From the NCBI RefSeq assembly GCF_006345805.1, contig NC_042997.1:47368001-47432000 (forward strand): a DNA stretch of 64,000 nucleotides. Direction: 5' to 3'. The translations under genes were made by a program, and so were the position numbers. The DNA is from Octopus sinensis (Eukaryota). The notes beneath the pieces were generated by a model that was not told the DNA's origin, ran no database searches, and saw nothing but the letters and a program-made list of their open reading frames with translations. This document shows positions 1 to 12,294 of the stretch, piece after piece (position 1 is the stretch's first letter; every line of letters begins with the position of its first letter).

Positions 1-70
1 CACCAGGTGGTGCTTTAAGTTAGACATGGCCTGGGCCAATAATGGCCGAAACCTATCAAAGTATCAAAGT
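1..70 (+). mobile_element. 3' end of CR1-like LINE (3'UTR hairpin + short tandem tail), cut by window start
   Basis: ccaggtggtgct..aagttagacatggcctgggccaataatggcc matches the 3'UTR that follows CR1-type coding sequence at 59092-59315; tail (atcaaagt)x2. Confidence 0.7.
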
Positions 71-101
71 ATATATATATATATATATAATATATATATA
101 T

Positions 102-144
<43 letters not shown>
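71..144. repeat. (TA)n/(GATA)n microsatellite
   Basis: direct reading. Confidence 0.95.
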
Positions 145-145
<1 letters not shown>

Positions 146-258
146 GTTAATATACACACAAACAACACTGGTTTTTGAGGCCGTGGTTTCTGATCTTAAC
201 CGATTTGAAGTGTTATCACGTACATTGCTTTGTGTTCGTATAAATGATGAGCTACAGC

Positions 259-688
259 GAATATTCCGCTCAGTACCACAGATTTGCTTGTCAGTTGTTT
301 GACCTTAACCAGTTGACCATGTCCCTCAGTGGCTAACAATGTGTGCATCTCTGATTACGAGCAGAACTAGTGGATGAGCATCATAGTCATGTGCTAAGAA
401 GAATTCTTTGGAGTTTTGGATAATTCACCTCTGGAAACATTGGTGTTTCATTCAACATCATTAAATAACTCTTATTCCGTGACCTTTTAATCGGGTTAGG
501 CTACTTGATTTGAAGAAAATTCTAACTGGGCCCCCTCCTGCAGGGTCATGCGCTGTTTATCTTGATGTAAGATCACCACGTCGTACACATATGGTCGTGA
601 TGCATGTGCCTGGTTGTCATGATAGGTATACTAGTCTTCGTAAATTTTACTCTAATGTCAATTTGATGGCATGCACTGCTCTCACTCA
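259..688 (+). mobile_element. Non-coding interspersed repeat family H ending in a (TAC)n/(TAA)n tail
   Basis: Reverse-complement match over ~430 bp to 12295-12714; both copies abut a (TAA)n-type tract at the same end. Confidence 0.75.
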
Positions 689-692
689 GTGA

Positions 693-724
<32 letters not shown>

Positions 725-733
725 ATACTAATG

Positions 734-782
<49 letters not shown>
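693..782. repeat. (TAC)n-(TAA)n microsatellite
   Basis: direct reading. Confidence 0.95.
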
Positions 783-783
<1 letters not shown>

Positions 784-795
784 CCTTTCTATTAT

Positions 796-993
796 AGGTA
801 CAGGGCCTGGAATTTGGGGGAGGGGTATAGTCGATTACAGCGACCCCTGTACTCAACTGGTACTTAATTTATCGACCCTGAAAGGATGAAATGTTAAGTT
901 GACCTCGGTGGTATTTGAACTCAGAACGTAGCAACTGGCGAAATGCCGCTAAGCATTTCGTCCGATGTGCTAACGTTTCTGCCATCTCCCGCC
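796..993 (-). mobile_element. tRNA-derived SINE family A (variant tail)
   Basis: Reverse complement of ggcgggagatggcagaaacgttagc..gttctgagttcaaat..gaggtcaac..catcctttcagggtcgataaattaagtaccag, shared with copies at 7122 and 55899. Confidence 0.85.
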
Positions 994-995
994 TT

Positions 996-1011
996 TATAA
1001 TAATAATAATG

Positions 1012-1070
<59 letters not shown>
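996..1070. repeat. (TAA)n microsatellite
   Basis: direct reading. Confidence 0.95.
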
Positions 1071-1072
<2 letters not shown>

Positions 1073-2489
1073 TTGTTGTTAAAGCCGGTTCACATGTTCT
1101 ACTATCGATCTATGATGTAAAAATGAGGAAAAAATATATGGATGAAACGAAAATGCCATTTATCATGCATTAGAATATGCATCATTCGCATTCCTAACAA
1201 ATGAATTGAAGCTTTATGACTGTGTAATATAATTAAAACGAAAGAGAAAAATATCTCGGTAAACAAATAACCGGATTTTGAGCAGCGCGAACATCCTTTT
1301 AGCAATATACTTCTCAGACACATTCCACGAAAGTTTGAACATGGCTTACTGCGGAGACAAATTACGCAATTGTTTGCACATTTTAGTCTTGCTAGACGTT
1401 CAATAGGTCTTAATTTGCAATGGTTGTTTTTATTCAAATTTAATTTGAAGGTATTCGTTCGTTTCCGTCTTTTTCTTTTCTTTTTTTTTTTGTGCGTGGA
1501 CTCTATATAGTTTTCTTCTTGTAATCATTTTATAGAAGCCGAAATGGTTATTTCTATATTTCGTGTTACTGACCTGTTACATAAATTCCTGGTATGATTA
1601 AAAAATTATCTTATATCATGAAACACGATGGCAAACGTGGTTAGAATATGTAGATCACTGGGAAAATGTCGAATAGTGACATTGAGGTTTTGAGTATTTT
1701 ATGCCTTACATAATCTTTACTTTGGAATATAGTTTTAATCAATTAGGTAAACTACCCTCCTCGTTTATAAAATGAATGCGATTACAGACCTAACTCAAAT
1801 ATCAGAATCTCGTGACTTAATAATTTGAATAAATGTATTAAATGCCTTTATTAATGCTTCTTAGCCCTCGGTTGTCATTGATTCATTATGCTTATGATTA
1901 AAGGCATTCTATTTGATATTATTTATATCTGAAACAAAATGTTATCTGCGACCATGCGATCAAACAGCTTCTTTCTTGCTTTGAAAACTATTCCAGGTTA
2001 ATGTAGGCCTAGAGATAGGAATAAATGAAATTGCTTCGGGTGCAATATATTTGTTCAAAACTGGGCTCGATTAAACATAACAGGGAGCTACATCACATAA
2101 CCTGTTCACAACACAGTTGACGGTGTTACATCATTTTGAAAAGACAATGTATATGCGATCACACATTTATGGCAGACATTTTATACGCACATACACACTA
2201 ACACACATGTGCATATTCATATATGTGTTTATGTATTTGTGTACGTGTGTTCGTTTCTCTAGAATATCTCTATGGGTGTCTATATACATACATGCATACA
2301 TAAACAGACACACACATATCGTAGTTTATCACTATTATTACTAGCATTCCTTGGAGTACTCTTATATTATAAAAAGAAAGTCTATTAACATGGAACACGT
2401 AGATAGTGTCAAAGAAAGAGTTTTAAAGATAGTTACGAAGTATTAAAGATAAATATAGCAGAATTGTATTATTGCTAAAGTGACACAGA

Positions 2490-2562
2490 ATAAATAAATA
2501 AATAAATATATATATATATATAAAATAGTAAAAAAAATAAATAAATAATAAATAAATAAATA

Positions 2563-2627
<65 letters not shown>

Positions 2628-2641
2628 TAGAATATATTATA

Positions 2642-2693
<52 letters not shown>
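2490..2693. repeat. (TAAA)n/(TA)n microsatellite
   Basis: direct reading. Confidence 0.95.
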
Positions 2694-2695
<2 letters not shown>

Positions 2696-3153
2696 TGTAA
2701 TTCCCTTATGGGACTGTCACGTTATTTGACAGTATACAACCACTCTATCGCTCCACCACCGGCTCATATCTCTTTGAGACATTTAGAAATTTAATATTTC
2801 TGATTACGGTAACCAGTGAATAGATTTCACTGTAAATAGATATATTTGTGAAGGCTAGACAGGTACCTCAATCAGCAGATCTCACTATCCTGGGCTGATG
2901 ACGGGTTAAGACCCAGAAACATGCATGTCCTCAGGTGTGAATCTTGGCTGGTAGGGGTGCTTGCATCCCATTCACAAATATAAGGACACAGGAAATGTGT
3001 CAAAGCCGACAGAAGCGTCGATGCTTCCTAGGGCTAAACAGCGGTGAAGTAATTCCCATACGGGACTGTCACGTTATGTTGGCTGTATACAACCAATCTA
3101 TCGCTCCACCACCTCTCATGTCTCTTTGAGACATTTAGAAATTTAATATTTCT
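2694..3153 (+). mobile_element. Retrozyme-like element: 352-nt unit plus 105-nt partial repeat, containing a hammerhead ribozyme
   Basis: Direct repeats 2697-2801 and 3049-3153 (offset 352); hammerhead in between; many internal hairpins; (TA)n on both flanks. Confidence 0.75.
2873..2950 (+). ncRNA. Type I hammerhead ribozyme
   Basis: CUGAUGA 2895-2901; helix II gggt/accc with loop taag; GAAAC 2916-2920; palindromic helix III acatgcatgt; GUC 2927-2929; helix I cctggg/ctcagg extended by tcac/gtga, agat/atct, cagc/gctg. Confidence 0.85.
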
Positions 3154-3224
3154 AATATATATATATGTATATCCATATATATATATATGTGTGTGTGTCT
3201 GTGTCTCTGTATCTGTCTCTGTGT

Positions 3225-3282
3225 GTAATAAGGTTGTGCTCCAGCACGGCCGCAGTCAAATTACTGAAACAAGTAAAAGAAT
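3225..3282 (+). mobile_element. SINE family B 3' tail fragment
   Basis: gtgctccagcacggccgcagtcaaattactgaaacaagtaaaaga matches the tail of the full copy at 43031-43429. Confidence 0.75.
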
Positions 3283-3669
3283 TATAGAAGAAAATAATAT
3301 ATATATTCATAGATACGCGCGCGCGCGTGTACATGGACATACCGGGACATAGGAGGAAGTAGTTCGATTAGTAGAAAGACATAGATGTGTTTACATGTGT
3401 ATGTGTGTGCGTGTGTGAGTGTGTACAAATATATATGTATATATATATATATACGTATTATGTATATACATATATGTGTATTTATATATATATTTGTAAA
3501 AAATGAAGTTCGAAAATGCTGCTGTATTATACAATTTTTAATTTTTATATATACATTATAACATATATATATATATATTATATATATATTATATATATAT
3601 ATAAGACTTATAATAGAGACTTATAATATATAGATCGATCGCGTAATGGTCAGAGAGTCAGGCAAATAG

Positions 3670-3784
3670 ATTGAGAGAAAGAAAGAAAGGTAGATAGATA
3701 GATACATACATACATACATTCATACATACATAAATACATACATACATACATACATACATACATACATACATACATACATACATA
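3670..3784. repeat. (GAAA)/(GATA)/(CATA)n microsatellite
   Basis: direct reading. Confidence 0.9.
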
Positions 3785-4074
3785 GGCATCACCTGTTTGT
3801 CTGTAAAAGTTCAGAAAGCGTGAGGTTGGTGATAATGATTAACAATTGAAAGTTATCGAGAGGGACATAAGCAATATACATATGTGTCAAATAGAAATAT
3901 AAAGCAAACTCTATACACACTTCCATAGTGATAATCTTACATTAGAATCGATTTCACTTCAGCAAAAACAAAATAAAGAACCGTCTTGAATTCATTTGTT
4001 TGTGTTACTCATTTGTGTCTATTGTTAAATGGCAGAATTTCATTGTTTTTTAGAATTTCCGTTACTGTTTCGTT

Positions 4075-4173
4075 TCATACACACATACGTTAATTGTCGC
4101 TGTGTAAATTACATGTATAGATGTGCATATATAATATATATTATATTATATATATTATATATCTATATATATA

Positions 4174-4220
<47 letters not shown>

Positions 4221-4311
4221 CATACATAAATTATATACATACGTACATATAATACGTACATACATACATACGTTAATTGTCGCTGTGTAAATATACATGT
4301 ATAGATGTGCA

Positions 4312-4330
<19 letters not shown>
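4075..4330. repeat. Local direct duplication (~60-bp unique core, ~185-bp period) in (TA)n
   Basis: catacgttaattgtcgctgtgtaaa..acatgtatagatgtgcatata at ~4084 and ~4267. Confidence 0.85.
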
Positions 4331-4354
<24 letters not shown>

Positions 4355-4553
4355 ATATAATATATACCATATACCTTTTGTGTCTCTAGCACTAAGCCTT
4401 CTTTATTTGGAGCCTTTTATTATATTTCTATATGAATAATATTTTGTCTAATGACTATATATATACCATATATATATTATATATATACTATATATATTAT
4501 ATATATACCATATATATATATACACTATCTATATATGTATATATGTATGTATA

Positions 4554-4584
<31 letters not shown>

Positions 4585-5104
4585 GCATGTATATATATAT
4601 ATGGTTCTGTATATAGGCGAATGTGTGTGTATGTATTTTCTTTGTTTATTTGACATTCTATGATTCCAGTATATATTTAGTTTTTGTTTTCCCTATAGGT
4701 GTAGACTACATATATTTGAATTTCGCTTTGTGTTGCGAATCGAGCAGCTTGTTTGATATGTATTTAAAAGATTATTTTATTGTTCCTAACGATCATTAGG
4801 ACTTCACATTTTTGATTTTCATTGTTTTAAGTAAGTACAAAGAAACAAAGAGAGCAGCAATATCAGATCACACGGCTCCTGTTTCATATGTGTATTTTTT
4901 TATGCATGTATGTCTACGCCTGAGTTTTTGTATGAGTGTTTGTGTATGCGTGTATATATGGGTTTATGTGTGTGTTTACGCATGCGTGGCTGTTAAAGAT
5001 ATCGCTTTGCCACTGTGGGCAGTGACGTCTTAATGTCTTCAGCGCACTAGTCTTTTAGCCACCATACACACCGACTCCATATGCCAAGTGTAATTCTGTA
5101 CATA

Positions 5105-5289
5105 ATGGGAGGTGATAGTAAGAAGGTTGCCTCCCAACCACATGATTCCGGGTTCAGTCTCACTGTGTGGCACCTTGGGCGTGTGTCTTCTATTACTTCA
5201 GGCCGACCGAAGCCTTGTGAGTGGATTTGGCAAACGGAAACGGAAAGAAGACCGTCATATACTACATACATAAATACATACATACATAC

Positions 5290-5346
<57 letters not shown>

Positions 5347-5612
5347 TATATATGCATGTATGTATGGATGCATCTATGTGTGTATGTCTTTGTGTCTGTG
5401 TTTGTCCACCAATGCCACTGCTTGACGGCCGTTGTTGGTGTGTTTACGCCCCCCCCTCAACTCAGTGGGTTAGCAAATGAGAGCAATGTAGTAAGTACTA
5501 GGCTTTAAAAAATATTTGTCTTGGGGTAGATTTGTTTGACAAATACACTTCAAGGTGGTGCCGCAACAATGGTGCAGTGAAATGACTGAAACGGGTAAAA
5601 GACAAAAATCAA
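5105..5612 (+). mobile_element. SINE family B, diverged, with internal microsatellite
   Basis: caaccacatgattccgggttcagtc..gcaccttgggc..; internal (TA)n; tail aatgactgaaacgggtaaaag. Confidence 0.8.
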
Positions 5613-6434
5613 GACTACAGACCCTTTTCTAGTCATAGCTTATCGTTGATCAGTGGAAATGGCTAGAGGAAGCAGTCCAGATGCCGGTCTAATCGATAAT
5701 TTAATCAGTTGATTCAACTTGGGCTTTCCCTCTAGAAGAAAATATTCTTCAGAATTATGTCTAGGTTTCAGTGATCCGTGGATTACTCAGCGACTCAACA
5801 GATTAATTCGATGAATATATGCCAGGAAGCAGATCGAACAACTGGAATCTTATGTACGTGCGTACGCGCATAAATATGCATGCATGTCTGTATGTAAGCA
5901 TGTATTGATAGATAGATAGATAGATAGATATAGATAGATAGATAGATAGATAGATATATATATATATAGATAGATATATATATATATATATATATAGATA
6001 GATAGATAGGTAGATCGCTCGATGGGTGGATGGATGGAGGGGTGGATATGTACATTCATGAATACAGTGATGGCCGTAGGCGATAGCTAAATCAGGTAGA
6101 AAACTCTTGAATTTATATACTGCCAGGCAGTTTTATTCAATGACAATTAACACACATGCTTTCGGTACATCTAGCTGTAAACGACGAATCTTCAAAATTC
6201 TATATGACAGCAATATATAATGTTATGTTTTGTAACGGGCTGTAGGCCAGTGTGCTTATTTGAATATTTGGAGCTCTATGCAGATCACGCAATTCTCATT
6301 TTGCAAAATAGAAATTAATGACTTTTATTGTCTTCTTTTTAACCCTGCTGTGTATTTACATTAATTTATTCTCCTCATTATCAAACTAAATATCCGTCTT
6401 ATTCTCTCTGTCCTTACTCTCACGCTTTGTATGC

Positions 6435-6765
6435 ATGTATTATGCATGTGAATTATTATCTATTATGATGTATGTATATATGTGTATATGTAGGTATGCA
6501 TGCTTGTATGTATGTATGCATGTACTATTTATGTATGTATGGATGCATGTACGCATGTATGTATGTATGTATGTATGTATGTATGTATGTTATGTATGTA
6601 TGTACTATTTATGTATGTATGGATGCATGTATGTATGTATGTATGTATGTATGTATGTATGTATGTATGTATGTATGTATGTATGTATGTATGTGTTTAT
6701 GTGCCTGTATCTCTCTATGTATGTATGTATGTATGTATGTATGTATGTATCTATATGTGTATGTA
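6435..6765. repeat. (TATG)n microsatellite with ~80-bp internal duplication
   Basis: gtactatttatgtatgtatggatgcatgta at ~6522 and ~6602. Confidence 0.9.
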
Positions 6766-7121
6766 TGCTTCATTTTGATTCATTAGTTTACATTCTGAAA
6801 GGATATTGCTAATTTGTAATAAAGAAGCAAAAACTTCATTGTTCAAGTTTGAAGAACAACAACGGTAATTGTTACATATCGAACTTTAAGAAAGTCCACC
6901 ATAATATTCCTGTTCCACTTACAAATTATAGCTGTAAATTCACGTGACACAGCCAAGTAATGGTTACTGGTATGAATGTAAATTTATAATCTGAGTAGAA
7001 GAGTTACAGGTTATGATAGTAGTTTGCTTTGAACATTCTCCTCGCTGATTCTGCTAGAGATTTTCCATAGGTTATGTCGGTAATTATTCTTCTATGTCTG
7101 GCGGTAATTGTTCTTCTATAA

Positions 7122-7355
7122 GGCGGCGAGCTGGCAGAAACGTTAGCACACCGGGCGAAATGCTTAGCGGTATTTCGTCTGCCACTACGTTCTGAGTTCA
7201 AATTCCGCCGAGGTCGACTTTGCCTTTCATCCTTTAGGGGTCGATTAAATAAGTACCAGTTACGCACTGGGGTCGATATAATCGACGTAATCCGTTTGTC
7301 TGTCCTTGTTTGTCTTCTCTGTATTTAGCTCCTTGTGGGTAGTAAAGGGAGAATA
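7122..7355 (+). mobile_element. SINE family A, full length (first of tandem pair)
   Basis: tRNA-like head ggcggcgagctggcagaaacgttagc..gttctgagttcaaattcc; central gaggtcgactttgcctttcatcc..gggtcga..aagtaccag resembles the MetaSINE domain (from memory). Confidence 0.9.
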
Positions 7356-7365
7356 GAAAAGGAAT

Positions 7366-7570
7366 GCGGCGAGCTGGCAGAAACGTTAGCACGCCGGGCG
7401 AAATACGTAGCCGTATTTCGTCTGCCGTTACGTTCTGAGTTCAAATTCCGCCGAGGTCGACTTTGCTTTTCATCTTTTCGGGGTTGATAAATTAAGTACC
7501 AGTTACGCACTGGGGTCGATATAATCGACTTAATCCGTTTGTCTGTCCTTGTTTGTCCTCTCTAGAAATA
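7366..7570 (+). mobile_element. SINE family A (second of tandem pair)
   Basis: Near-identical to 7122-7355; the pair is flanked by a 17-bp direct repeat ggtaattgttcttctat. Confidence 0.9.
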
Positions 7571-9284
7571 GGTAATTGTTCTTCTATGTATCCATATAGT
7601 TGTTTCAGGTCTGTTACATACCTTATGCTGATATGAATGTACGTATCGAATAGTAGATGTGTGATTTATATTTATCTCAGGACAGTCTTTTCTATTGATG
7701 ACATTGTATAATTTTTTAACAATGTCGTGTGGGTAAGTCGTAACTTAAGTACATTTTTGGCAGCTGCAGCGTTGTGTTCTCCATAGAGACTTGATAGAAT
7801 CGAGACTTGTGGTTACAGCTTGGGATTTTAAAGACTTCGCTAACTATGTATGTATGTACGTACGTATGTATGTACGTACGTATGTATGTATGTATGTATG
7901 CATGTATGTGTGAATGTGTGCGCGTGCGTTCATGTGTGTGTGTGTGATTGCATATATGTACGTATATTATATGTTTGTATATTTCATATATATTTCTATA
8001 GAATTCATTTTAAGAATTTTTTTCCTCCGTTGCAAATATTAAATCAGTAGCAAACCTCTTTTGCTTAGGTCGATGCAGATCTTGAGGATTATGTTGACGG
8101 GGATTGCTTGATAAGCGCATACATATAAACGTGCTATGTGCATGTATGTACATGCGTGTAAACTTGCAGTGGTGTGTGTTCATATCCTGATAGAACACAA
8201 GTGCGTAAGAGGTGTGCATTCAGGTGTATTTCATGCGTTTATCTGATTGTGCGCTTATGTTCGCCAAGGGAGTACAAATGGGGAATCCTTGAAAAGTTTA
8301 ACAAATATTCACCGTTTCTAATCCATTTATCTGGAGACACTAAATCAGTCTGCTTCGTTCTTTCATAGAGAAACCAAGCAACTTCTAATTTTCTGTGAAC
8401 ATCTTACTGTTATGTAGCTCATTGCATCTATGATAATAGGAAGAATTAAGTTCTACTGCCTGGATACAAAAGTGTAAGTCTCACATTAGTTCTCAACAGA
8501 TATTCACCTTTGCACCAATTTTGAAGCGGCAACTGATCTCTACAATGCTACGTAACATTTGGACTCTGCTCACCAAAACAATATCTGTTCTGTTGTGTTT
8601 ACACCTGCTTACTGTTTTCATCGGAATACTCTACTTTAATATTTAAATTCTAAAGTGGAGATAATTTCTGGTTCGAGTGCGCCATTTGTACATTTGTACA
8701 GAAGTCGGGAAAATCCGCACTGCATATTGCATTGTTGATCGTCATGGCGATCAACTATCATGAGAAGGTAATAACTTGTAGATATTTTTGGACTTCCACA
8801 TTGGTATGGCACAATCACAGCCGCAACGTGAATGTTTAAAGGCATCCTTACCTCTTTTGCTCATCATGTGTTTATGCACGTACAAGCATCCACACACACA
8901 CACACACACACACAATTTAAGCTTTGTTTTCATCACTGAAGTAGAGGCCAACAGCAACACATATTTCCGTCAAGACAGGAGGCATAGAGGAAAAAAAGTG
9001 CGTACAGTAAAGCCGTAGAGCAGAACCTAACGCGTTAAAAGGTGGAATCAAACCGGGCGACATATTTACTACCTAACAACAGGAAACGCATTCCCTTAAT
9101 GACGAGATTCCACATAGTTTTCGTCCGTCACAGTTTACTCCCTTGTCTTGACCAAGTGATGACAGGTGCATACAATAATCCACATTCAAGCTGAACCTAA
9201 TACCAAATAGGTGCGAAGCGAACTCTATCAGTATTCTGCCATAAAATTATATATACTCAATTTCTGATTAAATCTATGCGCTAT

Positions 9285-9315
<31 letters not shown>

Positions 9316-9346
9316 GATCTCCATATATAATTGTACGAGTAGGGCG

Positions 9347-9415
<69 letters not shown>

Positions 9416-9434
9416 CACCATATATCACACGCTC

Positions 9435-9671
9435 ATGTGGTTGCACCAGGTGATCCTGCTGTCTCCTTTCATCACCCACGAACTTCTCCACTGGACTCTT
9501 TACCTTTCTACCCTTTACGGATCCTCTTTTGGACTTTCTACACTCCGGCTGCACCTCTCCTGCCTATGGATTACTCTGGACTCTTCTGTTGATGAAAAAT
9601 CGCTCCAATACACCACGACGTCTGAAGCCTTTGAACGTTTTGAACTTTACGTAAAACTATTATTATTATTA

Positions 9672-9721
<50 letters not shown>

Positions 9722-9760
9722 ATTATTATTATTATTATTATTATCATTATTATCATTGTT

Positions 9761-9791
<31 letters not shown>

Positions 9792-9841
9792 TTATTATTA
9801 TTGTTATTATTATTATTATTATTATTCTGATTATTATTACA

Positions 9842-9912
<71 letters not shown>

Positions 9913-10446
9913 AATTATTATTATTATTATTATTACAATTATTATTATTATTATTATTATTACAATTATTATTATTATACTTTCTAAACTTTCATGTACT
10001 TTCTCTTCTTTCCTTTTTTTGGTTTCTATATCCCCTACTTCTTAGCTCTCCTGTGTGACCATTCTGTCCGGGATTCGCCATGATAGATCACTAGCCACTA
10101 CACACACTTTTTTCTCTCCTTGTTTCTTTCTGTGTTCCTTTCTGTGGAAGAGCGTAGGCTCGAAAGGTTAAAGACTTTTTCAATTCCCGAGCGTTATACT
10201 AATAAATCTGTTTGTTTCCTACACCACATGTCTTCGTCTTTTGTTTTGTTTTTTGCGAATTCTCCCTATATATATATATATATTCCTCTGTCTTCCCTTC
10301 TTGGGATCTTTCCTTCTCTTTGTTTCCGACGAAGAGCTCCGCTCGAAACGTTAAACCCTCCTTTCCTTCTTTCCTGAGCGTCAATAATACTTAATTGTTC
10401 CACGTCCTCGCGTTTTTTTTTTTTTTCTGTGTTTTCTTGTTTGGAT

Positions 10447-10452
<6 letters not shown>
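9435..10452 (+). mobile_element. Cluster of Penelope-like terminal-repeat relics carrying minimal hammerhead-like motifs, split by (ATT)n 9657-9978
   Basis: Motifs at 10138-10173, 10322-10356 and a very decayed one at 9589-9640; 10283-10452 recurs inverted at 34766-34936; Penelope assignment inferred from the minimal hammerhead architecture. Confidence 0.55.
10322..10356 (+). ncRNA. Minimal type I hammerhead motif (U4->C in core)
   Basis: gttt-CCGACGA-A-gagc-tcc-gctc-GAAACGUU-aaac: helix I gttt/aaac, helix II gagc/gctc, palindromic ACGU helix III. Confidence 0.6.
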
Positions 10453-10537
<85 letters not shown>

Positions 10538-10895
10538 CACACAGACATATACACTTGCTAATACAAAAGAGGAGATGGTACTTAATAATACGTAGGTATG
10601 TGTGTTTGCGCGTGTCCGACAGTGTGTTTGCGCGCGTGCAAGTTTATTATTAAATTTTTATGCATAAATATTGTCTCTGAAAAATATTTCAGTAAAAGAA
10701 GGCAAGAAATATCTTTTTTCTTATGCTTTCTCATCAGACCTTTACAATTTGTTTCTTCTTCTTCTCACTTTCTCCCTATTAATGTATCTCTCCCTCTCAA
10801 ACTTCTTCAATTTTTACAACCGTTCAGTCTGTATTGAATATCTGTTTCTTTTTCTTTCTTTCTTCCTTCCTCTCTGTTTCTCTGTCCCTTTCTCA

Positions 10896-10927
<32 letters not shown>

Positions 10928-11364
10928 ATTTTTCACTCTCAATCATTCGCTTCCATTCTTTTCTCTCGGTATATTTGTAACTATATTTCTTTAGCCAGTT
11001 GTACAGCTTCCAGTAAGTGTCATGAAAACTGTCAGAAATCAGGAAATGTGTGCGTAGACATAATAGTTTTAAGTCATCAGTTTCTGTCAGAACTTCTTGA
11101 CAATCTGACTTTGAAAAGTTTTTTTTTTCCAATCGCTTTTTATACCCAACCCACATATCTGTCGCTATATCTCACCCAAAACCTTGAATTCTTCATCATT
11201 CTCCTTATCAACAAGCTTAATCGAAATTAACCATAACAAATAGAGCAACAACAGTTGCTGCAGCTGTGAAAGCGACAACAAACACCATCATTTTTGTCGT
11301 TGCTGTCAACATTGTCATTATATTGTTTCATACTACACTCTTCAATTTAGTTATTTTGGTATAA

Positions 11365-11466
11365 ATCTTTTTCTCCTCCTCCTCCTTCTTCTTCTTCTTC
11401 TTCTTCTTCTTCTTCTCTTCTTCTTCTTCTTCTTCTTCTTCTTCTTCTTCTTCTTCTTTTCTTCTT

Positions 11467-11510
<44 letters not shown>

Positions 11511-11565
11511 TATTATTATTATTATTATTATTATTTTTATTTTTATCATTATTATTATTATTATT
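11365..11565. repeat. (CTT)n followed by (ATT)n microsatellite
   Basis: direct reading. Confidence 0.95.
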
Positions 11566-12206
11566 CTATGTTTGACTTTTTCTTTATATTTGTACAAGTT
11601 GGCTCCAAGTCTCACCCAGAGACCTCAAGAGAGGAAGTTCGTATTATTGTTATGCCTAGTGTGCCATATATTTGGTTGTTGTTTTTTTTTGTGTTGTACT
11701 AGTGAATCTCTAAAAAAAAATGTTTGTTTTAAACCTTGAGATTACATAGAAAGTATTTTGCGTAGGATATGAGCAGTTCCCATGAGCACTATCTTTTGAA
11801 TTTCTGCCATTTTGGGGTTTCCTGGTATCTGAGTTAGGTAGCAATCAGCCCCTTTAGCTATAATTCCCAGGGCACCTATGACTACAGGTATTGTTTTAGT
11901 CTTCAGGTTCCACATTTTGCTGATTTCTATTTCAAGATCTTTATATTTGCTCAGTTTTTGGTAGGTCTTGACAGATACGTTTATATCGATTGGGACAGTC
12001 ATATCAATGAGGAGGCACGTTCTTTGTTTGAAGTCTTTCAGTATGATGTCTGGCCTATTCGCATCTATCTTTCTGTCAGTTTGAATGGGGAAGTTCCAGA
12101 GGAGTGAGATGCGGTCATTTTCAAGCACTGTGGGTGGTTTGTGTTCCCACCAGTTTTTTTCATGGGGCAACTCCAGGTTTTTGCAGATTACCCAGTGAAT
12201 ATATTG
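11566..12206 (-). mobile_element. R4/Dong-like non-LTR retrotransposon 3' fragment (restriction-like endonuclease domain + 3'UTR), family alpha
   Basis: Open frame 12206->11742: QYIHWVICKNLELPHEKNWWEHKP..LLWNFPIQTDRKIDANRPDII..LIDMTVP..KLSKYKDL..IPVVIGALG..GTAHILRKIL; (TAA)n tail. Confidence 0.9.
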
Positions 12207-12240
12207 TAAATATATATTGAATATATATTATTATTATTAA

Positions 12241-12290
<50 letters not shown>

Positions 12291-12294
12291 TATT

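Noticed and set aside
1102-1437. 111-aa Cys-containing ORF
   Set aside because: Non-ATG start, no recognisable domain or convincing exon structure.
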